From assembly GCA_963739455.1 (NCBI GenBank), contig CAVUAK010000001.1:832001-896000 (forward strand): a stretch of 64,000 bases of DNA. Direction: 5' to 3'. Below are positions 34,867 through 45,350 of the stretch, in pieces; position 1 is the stretch's first letter; each line of letters starts with the position of its first letter. This stretch comes from an uncultured Gemmatimonadales bacterium. GTDB taxonomy: Bacteria > Gemmatimonadota > Gemmatimonadetes > Gemmatimonadales > GWC2-71-9. The translations under genes and the position numbers were made by a program. The notes below the pieces were generated by a model. It was not told the origin of the DNA. It ran no database searches and was given only the letters and a program-made list of their open reading frames with translations.

Positions 34867-36029
34867 GTGACCCGCACGGCCGACGTGGTGATCGTTGGCG
34901 CCGGCGTCATGGGCGCCTCGGTGGCCTGGCACCTTACCCAGCTTGGGTGCCGCTCCGTCATCCTCCTCGACCACGCCTCCGCACCCGGTACCGGCAGCAC
35001 CGGCCGCGCCACCGGCGGCTTCCGCGCACAGTTCGCGTCCGCCATCAACGTGCGCCTGTCGCTGCTCTCCCGCGAAAAGCTCCGGCGGTTCCACGACGAG
35101 ACCGGCGGCGACTGCGGGTACCAGCCGGTGGGCTACCTCTTCCTCGCTGCCGATCAGCGCCCAGATGGGCACCCTGCGCGAGGCCATCGCAGTACAGCGT
35201 GCCGCAGGACTCACCGAGTCGGCCATCGTTTCGCTGGATGACATCGCGCGGCTCAACCCGTCGATCGTGCTCGATGGTGTGGCGGGAGGCTCGTTCGGTG
35301 CCACCGACGGCTATATCCGTCCGCTCGGAATCATGCAGGGGTATCTCGACGCGGCGCTGAGGGCCGGCGCCGAGGTGCAGTACGACGCCGCGCCAATGAG
35401 CTTCGAGCGCGATGGTGACCGCATCACCGCCGTCACTACCAGGGGCGGGCGCATCACCGCGGGACATGTGGTCAACGCCACCGGTGCCTGGGCCGCTGAC
35501 GTGGCACGGCTGGCAGGCGTGGACCTTTCCGTCACGCCCGAGCGGAGACAGGTGGCACTCACGGCCCCGACCACGTGCATTGCCGCCGTCCACGCCGATG
35601 ACGATCTTCGCGGAAGACGGTTTTCACTTTCGTGTGCGCGACGGCCGCGTGCTGCTGCTCTGGCCCACCGAGACCATCGGGGCCGACCGCTACGACACGA
35701 CCTTCGACGCGCGATGGCTGGATGGCGTGGTGTCCCGCGCGCACCGGCGCGTGCCCGCACTTCGGTCGGTAGCGGTGGACCGGGCCGGCAGCTGGTGCGG
35801 ACTCTACGAGATGTCGCCCGACCACCACGCCATTCTCGGTGCGGCGCCCGGGCTCGAGAACTTCTGGCTGATGAACGGCTCGTCGGGACATGGCGTCATG
35901 CACTCACCGGCGCTGGGCCAGCTGCTCGCCGAAATGATCACCGGCCAGGCGGCGTCGCTCGATGCGCGCGCGCTCCGGCCCACACGGTTCCTCGAGGGAG
36001 CGCCGAACCCGGCGCCCGTCCTCCTCTAA
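34867..36029 (+). CDS. FAD-dependent oxidoreductase, DAO/sarcosine oxidase beta-like (two frameshifts)
   Basis: IVGAGVMG, GSTGRATGG, VVNATGAW, GLYEMSPDHH, GSSGHGVMH. Confidence 0.9.
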
Positions 36030-36045
36030 GACGGGAGACCGACCC

Positions 36046-36429
36046 ATGCGCCACGTCCACACGCCCGACGCACCACGGCCCGCCGGGCACTACTCCCAGG
36101 CAATCGTGCACAGCGGTGTGGTCTACGTTGCGGGCCAGCTTCCGCTCGATCCCACCTGGCCCGATGCGCCACATGGCACGGTGGAAGAGCAGACGAAGCG
36201 CACGTTGCGCAACGTGGAGGCGATCCTGCGTGCCGCTGGCAGCGACCTCGATCACCTGCTCACGGTCACCATCTACGTCACCGACGTGGCGCACTGGCCC
36301 AAGGTCAACGCGGCCTATGCCGAGACGCTCGGCACTCACCGGCCCGCGCGCACGGTCGTGCCCGTCGCCGGGCTGCACTACGGCTACCTCGTCGAGATCA
36401 CCGCCACCGGCGCCGTGAAGGAGCCCTGA
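36046..36429 (+). CDS. RidA-family protein
   Basis: APRPAGHYSQA, AGQLP, VNAAY, RPAR, VEI. Confidence 0.93.
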   Translation: MRHVHTPDAPRPAGHYSQAIVHSGVVYVAGQLPLDPTWPDAPHGTVEEQTKRTLRNVEAILRAAGSDLDHLLTVTIYVTDVAHWPKVNAAYAETLGTHRPARTVVPVAGLHYGYLVEITATGAVKEP

Positions 36430-36440
36430 GCCCACTCCCC

Positions 36441-36479
36441 TTGCGCTTCTACAGGAGTAATCCTATGTTCCTGTAGAAG
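36441..36479 (+). promoter_or_regulatory. padR promoter with overlapping inverted-repeat operator
   Basis: TTGCGC-17 nt-TATGTT; CTTCTACAGGA-12 nt-TCCTGTAGAAG. Confidence 0.7.
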
Positions 36480-36491
36480 GCGGAGGGGACC

Positions 36492-36824
36492 ATGACCGAT
36501 GCACGACTCGAGCTTCCCCAGGGAACGCTCGATCTCCTGATACTCAAGTCGCTCTCGCTCGGGCCGCAGCACGGCTGGGCCATCTCCGAGCGCATTCGCG
36601 ACGTCTCCCGCGCCGCGATGCAGATCCCCCAGGGCTCGCTTTACCCCGCGCTCCATCGCCTCGAGCGGCGCGGGTGGATTGCCGCCCGCTGGGACACTTC
36701 CGACAACAACCGCCGCGCCAAGTTCTACGAGCTCACGCGCACCGGCTGGAAGCAGCTCAAGACCGAGGCGGACGAATGGCGCCGGCTTACCGACGCCGTT
36801 GCCCTCGTCCTCGGCATGACCTGA
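36492..36824 (+). CDS. PadR-family transcriptional regulator
   Basis: QGTLDLLILK, HGWAI, GSLYPALHRLE, NNRRAKFYELT. Confidence 0.95.
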   Translation: MTDARLELPQGTLDLLILKSLSLGPQHGWAISERIRDVSRAAMQIPQGSLYPALHRLERRGWIAARWDTSDNNRRAKFYELTRTGWKQLKTEADEWRRLTDAVALVLGMT

Positions 36825-36826
36825 CC

Positions 36827-39532
36827 ATGGTGCGGGACTGGCTGGCCGACCTGCGATTTCGCGTGCGCGCCCTGGTGCGGCGCGAGGCGCTCGAGCGGGA
36901 TCTCGACCAGGAACTGCGAGACCACCTCGAGCATGAGGCCGGCAAGTACGTGAAGGCGGGCGTGCCGCCCGCCGAGGCCATGCGACAGGCGCGCCTTGCC
37001 TTTGGCGGCGTGGAATCCGTGAAGGACCAGAGTCGAGATACGCGCGGCCTGGCGCTGCTCGAGATGGTCTCGCAGGACCTCCGCTATGCCATGCGCTCCC
37101 TCCGGCGCAATCCGGGATTCACCGCCGCCGTGGTGCTGACCCTCGCCCTCGGCATCGGGGCGAACGCCGCGATGTTCAGCATCGTCGACCGGCTGATTTT
37201 TCGCACACCCGCTTTTCTCCTCCAGCCCGGCCGTGTCCACCGCGTCTATCTCGCCAGCGACCGTCGGGGTGTTCCGCAGGTTGCCAGGTACACCGGCTAC
37301 ACCAACTATCTCGACCTGCGGCGATGGACCACCAGCTTCGACCTCATGGCGGCATACGGCACGCGCGAGCTGCCAGTCGGCGCCGGTACCGACGGCCGGG
37401 AAATGCAGGTCGCCACCGTGTCGGCCACGCTCTTCGATTTCTTCGACGCGAAGCCGGTGCTGGGACGCTTCTTCACGGCGCAGGAAGACACCGTCCCCAT
37501 CGGCGCAATGGTGGCCGTGCTTGGATATGGATTCTGGCACGCACAGTATGGCGGCCGCGCTGACGTGATCGGCCAGCAGCTCGAGATCGGCACCGCGACG
37601 TACACCATCATTGGCGTGGCACCCCCGCGCTTTGTCGGCATCGCGGAGCGTGCGCCACCCGCGGTATTCATCCCGATCACTGCCTTCGCCGGCACCTTCC
37701 GCGGTGGTCCGGCGATCGCGAACTACTACACCAAGTACAACTGGAGCTGGCTGGAAGTCCTGGCGCGGCGCCGGGAAGGCGTGAGCCTCGCCGCGGCCAG
37801 CGCCGACCTGAGCCAGGCGAACGCGTGGAGCTGGAACAACCAGCGGAGCCTCGACCCCACGCTCACACCGGCGGAGATCGCGCACCCGCGCGCCACCGCC
37901 GGCCCAGTACAGCTCGAACGGGGACCCAATCACAGGCCGGCCACGATGGTCGCCGGCTGGGTGAGCGGCGTGGCCTTGATCGTCCTGCTGATCGCCTGCG
38001 CCAACGTGGCCAACCTGCTGCTTGCGCGCGCCATGCGCCGGCGTCGAGAGATTGCGCTCCGGCTGGCGCTCGGCGTGAGCCGCCGCCGGCTCGTGGGACA
38101 ACTGCTCACCGAGAGTCTCCTGCTCGCGGGGTGTGGAGCCCTCGCCGGCCTGCTCCTGGCTCACTGGGGCGGAGGACTGCTGACGGCACTCTTCCTTCCC
38201 GACGGCGGCGATGCGTCCCCTGTGGCGGAAGGACGCACGCTCGCCTTCGCCCTGTTGATGGCGCTCGTGTGCGGCAGCGTGCTCGGCCTGGTGCCGGTGC
38301 TGCAGGCCCGGCGCACCGACCTGGTAGAGTCGCTCAAGGCGGGGATACGTGAGGGCGGTGCCCGTCGCTCGCGCACCCGGACCGGTCTCCTCCTGCTGCA
38401 GGCCGCGCTCTCGGTACTGCTGCTCGTGGGCGCCGGGCTCTTCGTGCAGAGCCTCCGGAACGTGCGGTCACTCCGGCTCGGCTACGATATCGACCCGGTG
38501 CTCTACATCGCGCTGAACATGCGGGGGGTGCGACACACCGACGAAGAAGCCATTGCACTCAGGCACCGACTGCTGGAGGCGGCCCATTCGCTCCCCGGCA
38601 TGCAGTCGGCGGCCTTCGGCCTCACGGTACCCTTCTGGGACACCTGGACCGAGAGCCTCTTCGTGCCCGGCATCGATTCCGTCAGCCGCCTCGGAAGCTT
38701 CACGCTGCAAGCCGTCTCGCCGGAATACTTCGCCACGATGGGCACGCGCATCGTGCGCGGAAGGGGCATTGAGCGCGAGGACCGGACGGATGCCCCTCGC
38801 GTGATCGTGGTGAGCGAGACGATGGCGCGGACACTGTGGCCAGGCCAGGACGCGCTGGGTAAATGCCTGCGCGTGGGGGCGGACAGCCTGCCATGCACCA
38901 CGGTGGTGGGCATCGCCGAGGACATCAAGCAGAACCAGCTGGCCGATGACCCGGGACGGCACTACTACCTGCCCATCGAGCAGTATCACCCCGAGTCGGC
39001 CGTGCTATTTGTCCGGGTCGCGGGCGACGGTGCGGAGCAGAAGGAGTCGGTGCGGCGCCAGCTGCAACCCCTCATGCCGGGCATCGCCTACCTCACCGTG
39101 AACTCGATGCGCGACATCGTCGAGCCCGAGGTGCAGTCGTGGCGCCTGGGGGCCACCATGTTCGTTGCCTTCGGTGGGCTGGCCCTGCTCCTCGCGGCAG
39201 TGGGCCTGTACAGTGTCATCGCGTACGACGTACAGCAGCGCACCCATGAACTGGGCATCCGCATCGCCCTCGGCGCCGGGATGCGCGACCTCGTGCTGCT
39301 CGTGGTGGGCGACGGCCTCCGCGTGGCGCTCATTGGAGGCGCGGCGGGTGGCGCCATCGCGCTCGTGGCTGGTCACTGGCTCGGACCGCTGCTCTTCGAG
39401 GAGTCACCGCGGGACCCGGTCGTCTTCGGCGTCGTGACCGTCGTCCTGCTCGGCGCAGCATTGCTGGCGAGCGGGCTCCCGGCACTGCGGGCGGTGCGCG
39501 TGGACCCGAACGAGGCTCTTCGCGCCGAGTAA
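36827..39532 (+). CDS. ADOP-type duplicated ABC permease (MacB/FtsX domains)
   Basis: Permease prefix domain, QDLRYA.RSL, TLALGIGAN, LIACANVANLLL, ELGIRIALGA, ALRAE end. Confidence 0.93.
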   Translation: MVRDWLADLRFRVRALVRREALERDLDQELRDHLEHEAGKYVKAGVPPAEAMRQARLAFGGVESVKDQSRDTRGLALLEMVSQDLRYAMRSLRRNPGFTAAVVLTLALGIGANAAMFSIVDRLIFRTPAFLLQPGRVHRVYLASDRRGVPQVARYTGYTNYLDLRRWTTSFDLMAAYGTRELPVGAGTDGREMQVATVSATLFDFFDAKPVLGRFFTAQEDTVPIGAMVAVLGYGFWHAQYGGRADVIGQQLEIGTATYTIIGVAPPRFVGIAERAPPAVFIPITAFAGTFRGGPAIANYYTKYNWSWLEVLARRREGVSLAAASADLSQANAWSWNNQRSLDPTLTPAEIAHPRATAGPVQLERGPNHRPATMVAGWVSGVALIVLLIACANVANLLLARAMRRRREIALRLALGVSRRRLVGQLLTESLLLAGCGALAGLLLAHWGGGLLTALFLPDGGDASPVAEGRTLAFALLMALVCGSVLGLVPVLQARRTDLVESLKAGIREGGARRSRTRTGLLLLQAALSVLLLVGAGLFVQSLRNVRSLRLGYDIDPVLYIALNMRGVRHTDEEAIALRHRLLEAAHSLPGMQSAAFGLTVPFWDTWTESLFVPGIDSVSRLGSFTLQAVSPEYFATMGTRIVRGRGIEREDRTDAPRVIVVSETMARTLWPGQDALGKCLRVGADSLPCTTVVGIAEDIKQNQLADDPGRHYYLPIEQYHPESAVLFVRVAGDGAEQKESVRRQLQPLMPGIAYLTVNSMRDIVEPEVQSWRLGATMFVAFGGLALLLAAVGLYSVIAYDVQQRTHELGIRIALGAGMRDLVLLVVGDGLRVALIGGAAGGAIALVAGHWLGPLLFEESPRDPVVFGVVTVVLLGAALLASGLPALRAVRVDPNEALRAE

Positions 39533-39614
39533 GTGGCTCCGCAGGGGTCCACTGGGCGTCTCTCGTCTTCCGGCTCCTGTCCCCGTGCAGGCACGTCCCC
39601 GCCACTCGTCCCCC

Positions 39615-40490
39615 TCATGCTCGAACGACATGGGTGCTCCCGGTCCGCTGCAGCGGATGAAACCGCTCCCAAACGGTGGCGTAGGGTTCAATAAGGAGCG
39701 TTACAAATCGCTCCACTGCCACCGGAAATGGAAAGCGATGCCGGAACTCGGTTGAGGTGATGCCGAGGAGTGACCGGACGTGCCGCCCGAATGACTGGGG
39801 CGACGAGTATTCGAGCCGGTAGGCAACGTCGGCGATGGAAAGCCCGGGATCCTCGAACAGTTGGGCCGCATGCAGCAGCCTGATGGCGGCGAGATAGCTC
39901 TTGGGGCTGGGCAGTTCGGCGCGGGCAAACCGGGACATGAGCGTGCTGGGTCGAACACCGAGGCGCCTGGAGAGTTGGCGCACGGTTGGTGTGTCGGGAG
40001 CGAGGCGGATCATCGCCTCGAGGAAGATCCGGGTATCGGGCGTCACCTCCTTGAGGGCGGACAGCACCGGTCCCTGGATCCGGGCGACCGACCGGGTCAC
40101 CGGCTGGGTCAGGAGCTCCCGGAGGTGCGCCCAGCCCGTCGGGGCGGTAACGTCGATGACGCGCTTGACGCCGCTCGCCCCCAGCAGGAGCAGGGTTTCG
40201 GTGGCCCGGGGTCCGTACTGCGACACGAGCGCGAAGGTGGGCACACTGGGAAATTCCCGGACGAGATGTGCCACACCGTCCACCTGCTCGGGCCCGCAGT
40301 GCTGCACCGAGAGGAGCACGGCATCGATCGGACGCTCGCGCACCATGCGGATAGCGTCGGAAATCGACTCGCGGTGCAGGATGGCGACACAACCACTCCC
40401 CGCGGCATCTACGCGGGAGCGTTCGCCGGGGGAAAGTATGGCGGCGACCGTGGGAGCACCCACGGCGTCGGGTGACGCAGTAGCAAGCAT
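39615..40490 (-). CDS. AraC-family regulator with receiver-like N-terminal domain
   Basis: C-terminal SIADVAYRLEYSSPQSFGRHVR; N-terminal DAIRMVRERPIDAVLLS...LLLGASG. Confidence 0.8.
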   Translation of the reverse strand: MLATASPDAVGAPTVAAILSPGERSRVDAAGSGCVAILHRESISDAIRMVRERPIDAVLLSVQHCGPEQVDGVAHLVREFPSVPTFALVSQYGPRATETLLLLGASGVKRVIDVTAPTGWAHLRELLTQPVTRSVARIQGPVLSALKEVTPDTRIFLEAMIRLAPDTPTVRQLSRRLGVRPSTLMSRFARAELPSPKSYLAAIRLLHAAQLFEDPGLSIADVAYRLEYSSPQSFGRHVRSLLGITSTEFRHRFPFPVAVERFVTLLIEPYATVWERFHPLQRTGSTHVVRA

Positions 40491-40688
40491 GATGACCCTG
40501 GCTGTGAATTGGGGCGGCGATAGTGGACCGCCATGCTCAACCAGTGGTCAAACGGTACGGGGAGCCGCGAGCGACAGTGCCCGCGCAACCTCCTGCGGGG
40601 TCCAGGCGTCAAAGGAGTATTGAATCCCCAACCGGCCCTGCGCCGTGAGGGGCTTTCTCGCCTTTCCCCAACGAATGTGGAGCCGCGG

Positions 40689-43600
40689 ATGAGTGATCCC
40701 ACCGGGCCCGGCCTGCGCGAGCGCCTCCAGCGTGCCCTGGGGACGCAGTACCAGCTCGAGCATGAGCTGGGGCGCGGGGGCATGGGGGTCGTCTTCGAGG
40801 CCACCGACAGCAACCTCGACCGCCGGGTTGCCATCAAGGTCGTCCACCCCGCACTGACCCATCACGGCAACATCGTGCGCCGCTTCCTCGCGGAGGCGCG
40901 CATGATCGCGAAGTTCCGTCATCCAGGCATCGTGGCGGTGCACGCCGCCGGCGAGGCCGACGGGCTGCTCTACTACGTCATGGACCGGGTGGAGGGCGAG
41001 ACGCTGCGCGATCGCCTGCGTCGCGAGCCACGCCTCAGCGTGGACGATGCGCGCCGGATCACGGCCGACGTGGCCATGGCGCTCGACGCTGCTGCCCGCG
41101 CCGGCCTCGTGCATCGTGACGTGAAGCCCGAGAACATCCTCATCGATCGCGCATCGGGCCGGCCCATGCTGGTCGATTTCGGCATCGCGCGCGCCATGGC
41201 GGGAGAGCCAGAGGGCGATGAGCCGACCACCGGCCGCGGCGTCGCCCTTGGGACCCCGGCGTACATGAGCCCGGAGCAGGCGGCCGGGGAGGAAGTGGAC
41301 GCGCGCAGCGATCTCTACTCGCTGGGCGTCGTCGCGTACGAGATGCTCACTGGTGCCCCGCCGTTCACCGGCTCGCACCGCGTCGTCATCTCTCGCCACC
41401 TCACCGATCGCCCGACCCCCGTCGAGAAGTCGCGCCCCGACAGCCCGGTGGCACTGAGCGGCGCGATCATGCGCGCGCTGGAAAAGCACCCCGACGAGCG
41501 CTGGCAGACGGGCGAGGCGCTGTCGACGGCGTTGAGTGGCGAGCACAGCCCCGCGCCCCGCCGCACGCGGAAGCGCCGGCGCACCATGCTTGCCATCGCC
41601 GCCGGGCTGTTGCTGGTGAGCGCCGTGGCGCTCAAGGCCCGGAACCACGACGGCCCGCCGGCCGGCACGAACCCGCGGCAGTCGATCCTCGTCCTGCCCT
41701 TCGCCAATGTGCGTGCCGACTCCAGCGGCGAGTGGCTGCGCGACGGCAGCGTCAGCATGCTGTCGCTTGCCCTGGGGCAGTGGAACGACCTGCAGGTGAT
41801 CGGCCCCGAGCGGGTGCACGACCTGATGGAGGCGGCACACGTCGGCGATGGCGGGGTGGTGGGTCTCGAGGAGGCGCGTCGCATCGCGCGCCGCGCCGGT
41901 GTGTGGACCGTGGTGCTGGGTGAGTTCGACCGCAGCGGGGACACACTGCGGCTCGCGGCGCGCGTGGTCGATGTCGCCAGCGGCAAGCAGGTCGATCTCG
42001 CGCGGGTCGAGGCACCGGCCGGCGACGAGGTCCGCCCGCTCTTCGACCAGCTCGCCGCACAGCTGCTCGACATCTCCGGTGCGCCGCAGGGTGAGCGCGT
42101 GGCACTGGCCCAGGCCACCACTCACTCCGTCGAGGCGTATCGCGCCTACCTCGCCGGTGACGGGGCACTCAACAACTGGGACCTGCCTGCCGCCGAGACC
42201 TCGCTGCGGAAGGCGATCGCCGCCGACTCCACCTTCGGGCTCGCGTACTACAAGCTCTCGATCACGCGAGGCTGGATGCATGGCGGCGAGGACTCGATCG
42301 GCGCCAATGCGATCGCGCGGGCCGAGGCCTACGCGGGCAAGCTGCCGGCGCGCGAACAGACCATGATCCACGCCTACCGGACCTTCATCCAGGGTGCCAA
42401 CGCCGACGCGCGCCGCCTGTACGAGGAGTTGCTGGCGAAGAATCCCGGCGACCCCGACGCCTGGTACGGGCTGGGCGACGCCTGGTTCCACGATGACAAG
42501 CAGCCGCTGCCAATGCGGTTCACCGCATCGATGCGCGCGTTCAAGCGCGCGCTGGCACTCGATCCGGGGTACGCCCTGGCCTTCGAGCACGTGAACTACA
42601 TCCTGGGTCGCGCCTCACGACAGAACCCGATGTGGGTGCTCCTGCCAGGCGACTCTATTGCCATGATCTACAACGACAAGGAGAAGCGGGTCATCGACAG
42701 CGCCGCGACCGCCCTGGCGGTGACGCGCGCTCGCGCCGAGGCCATCCGCCTGGCGCGTGACTGGGCCAACCTGCAGCCTGCGCACGGCCAAGGCCCATGA
42801 GGCGCTTGCTCGCCGCACTCATCGTCGCGCAGGACTACGACGGCGCCGGCAGCGAGGTGGCGCGCTTCCGCGCGGTGGTGCCGAATCATCCCGAACTGGC
42901 GTTCGACGATGCACGCATCCGCTTCGCGTCGGGAGACGCACCCCGCGCGGCGCGGCAGCTGGGCGTGTCGATCGACTCGCTCACCCCTGAAGACCTGCGA
43001 CCGATCAACGGCGCTACCGACGCCGCTGAACGCCTGGCGATCGCGGCCAACGTGCTGGCGTACCAGGGCAACGTCGGCCAGGCGGCGAAGCTCATCGACC
43101 TCGCCAATCGGGTGCGCTTCGGCGACCCCGAGGCCGGAACGGCGCTGGCGAATGAGCGCGACGCATGGAACTGGCGGATGCAGGGCGAGCTCTACGCCGC
43201 CACCGGGGTGCCAACCGCCGGCATGCGGCGCATCTGGCAGAGCGCCGCCGAGGCGAGTCGGTCGGTGCCGCCCGAGAAGCGCGCCAAGCTGCTGGCCGCC
43301 GGTGGCGCTGCCGCGGTGGGGCTGCTCACCTCCGCCACGCCCGATGAATCAGCCATGAAGGAGATGCAGGCGATGGGCGGCGCGCAGCCGGCCAAGGAAG
43401 TGCGCGCCCTCATGGCCCTCGAGCACAACGATCAGGCTGCCGCGCGGAAGGCGCTCGCCGAGCCCGACTCGATGGCCGTGTCGATGAAGGGGCCGTCGTA
43501 CCTCGTGTTCCGTCGGCCGCTGGCGGCACAGGCGTACTACCTGCTGGGTGACTACGAGCGGGCACTCAAGCTGCTCGAGGGGTTCGATAGTTCCGAGCTC

Positions 43601-43807
43601 AACGCCGACCAGTTCGACATGCGCTGGGGCATACTCGGCCGGGTGCGCCTGCTCCGCGGCGCGGTGCTCGAGAAGCTCGGTCGCCCCGACGATGCGCGGG
43701 AGCAGTACAAGCTGGCGCTGGCGCAGTGGACCCAGGCCGATCCCGACCTGCAGGTGTTCGTACAGGAAGCGCAGCAGAAGCTGGCGCAACTGCAGGAGCG
43801 GAGTTGA
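40689..43807 (+). CDS. Membrane Ser/Thr kinase with TolB-like and TPR C-terminal region (break near 42780-42800, frameshift or split gene)
   Basis: LGRGGMG, VAIK, HRDVKPEN, DFG, GTPAYMSPEQ; TM; SILVLPFANV; TPR-like helices continuing in ORF 42797-43807. Confidence 0.88.
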
Positions 43808-43822
43808 AGGGTTAGCTTTGTC

Positions 43823-44227
43823 GTTGGGTCGGACGTGATGGTCGCGGGTGCTTCGGCATCCGAGGAAAGTCCGAGCTCCATCGGGTAGACTGCCAGGTAA
43901 CGCCTGGGCGCCGCAAGGCGACGGACAGGGCAACAGAAAGCAAACCGCCCGGCGAGCGCGCAAGCGAACGACGGGTAAGGGTGAAAGGGTGGGGTAAGAG
44001 CCCACCGCGCTCCCGGTAACGGGGGCGGCACGGTAACCCCCAGTCGGAGCAAGGCCAAATAAGCGGCGAGGTGTGACCCACACCGCCCCCCGTCCGGTCC
44101 CTTCGGGGATACGGGCGGTAGCCGCGGGTAGGCTGCTCGAGGCGACCGGCGACGGTCGTCCCAGACAGATGACCATCCCCAGGGCGAAAGTCAGGGGAAC
44201 AAGACTCGGCTTACGGTCCGACCCACG
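43823..44227 (+). ncRNA. rnpB: RNase P RNA
   Basis: GAGGAAAGTCCGAGCT, GGGTAAGAGCCCACC, GGAGCAAGGCCAAAT, AGACAGATG, AACAAGACTCGGCTTAC; P1 helix GGGTCGGAC/GTCCGACCC; -10 TAGCTT at 43813. Confidence 0.97.
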
Positions 44228-44266
44228 GCCGCCTCCGGCACTCGTTGCCGGAGGCGGCCGTCTTTG
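44225..44266 (+). terminator. rnpB terminator
   Basis: ACGGCCGCCTCCGGCA-ctcgt-TGCCGGAGGCGGCCGT followed by CTTT. Confidence 0.85.
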
Positions 44267-44321
44267 TGACCCCTGACCCGGCGTGCTTCCCCACGTCCCC
44301 GGGTAGAGCTAGAATTTGCCC

Positions 44322-44531
44322 GTGACTGCCAAACCCTACCCGCCACACTGGGAGCAGGTGGCGGAAATCCGGGTGCTTCGCGCCCCCGTGTCTGACTGGG
44401 ACAAGCTCTCCGTCTGGGGGGCCGACATGCGAAAGCGGGGCTGGAGGCTGCTCCAGGTGAGCAGCGACAGCGGCCAGATCGTGGCAGTATTCGGGAAGTC
44501 CCGTCAGGGACATGCCCGCGACATTCCCTGA
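44322..44531 (+). CDS. Small hypothetical protein (DUF4177-like)
   Basis: GTG 6 nt after TAGAAT; GWRLLQV...VFGK motif. Confidence 0.65.
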   Translation: MTAKPYPPHWEQVAEIRVLRAPVSDWDKLSVWGADMRKRGWRLLQVSSDSGQIVAVFGKSRQGHARDIP

Positions 44532-44571
44532 GCGTCCCCTGCCGGGCGCGTTCCCTTTTTCGAGGCTGACA

Positions 44572-45345
44572 ATGCAGGCTCGCATCCTGATGGCTGGTGC
44601 ACTCTTCTCCGGGGCCATGATGGTCCCCGCCCCGCATGCGGCCAGCGTGACGACGCGCTACAAGGTGGCGCAGCGCATCTTCCAGGAAGTGGACGCGACG
44701 GCGCTCGGTGGCGGCAAGCAGGGTTTTGTCGTCAAGACCACGAGCTACGTGCAGTTGACGCTCACCGACACCACTGGCGGACGCAGCGTGAAGGTCACCG
44801 TGGACTCGATTCACGGCGACTCCCTGCCACCCGGCGCGCCAGCCGACATGCTGAGCAAGGCCGCGGGCGTGGTGGTAACCGGCGTCGTGGACGGCAAGGG
44901 CAAGCTGAGCAACGTGAAGGCCAGCAGCGATGCCGGCGGACTGCAGCTGACGAGCCTCGTCCAGCAGCTCCTCCCACCGATCAAGAGCAGCCCCAAGGTC
45001 GGCGATGCCTGGACCGACACCACCGAGACGGCGAACGGCAACATGAACACGCGCACCGTCACCAACTTCAAGGTCACGGGCACCGAGGCGCGCGGCAACG
45101 TCAAGGCGAGCCGCATCGATGGCGCATTCACCTCCGCCATTGCGGGTACCCAGGAAACGCCGGGCGGCTCGGCCGACATCGACGGCACCGGCACGGGCAC
45201 GTCCAGCTACCTGATCGCTCCCGACGGCGCGCTGGTCACCGGCACGTCGACATCCAAGAGCAACCTCAACGTCACGCTTGCGGCGCAGGGCGCCATCCTG
45301 CCGCTGGTGCTGAGCCAGAGCGTCGAAATCACGCCACTACCCTGA
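44572..45345 (+). CDS. Secreted beta-rich hypothetical protein (DUF6263-like)
   Basis: Signal peptide; VTVDSI, LP...PKVGDAWTDTT. Confidence 0.75.
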   Translation: MQARILMAGALFSGAMMVPAPHAASVTTRYKVAQRIFQEVDATALGGGKQGFVVKTTSYVQLTLTDTTGGRSVKVTVDSIHGDSLPPGAPADMLSKAAGVVVTGVVDGKGKLSNVKASSDAGGLQLTSLVQQLLPPIKSSPKVGDAWTDTTETANGNMNTRTVTNFKVTGTEARGNVKASRIDGAFTSAIAGTQETPGGSADIDGTGTGTSSYLIAPDGALVTGTSTSKSNLNVTLAAQGAILPLVLSQSVEITPLP

Positions 45346-45350
45346 TCTCC

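Noticed and set aside
42797..43807. Independent TPR gene coupled by ATGA
   Set aside because: An intermediate frame reads TAKAHEAL and joins both parts into a continuous TPR helix, so indels in a single kinase gene are more likely. Not fully excluded.
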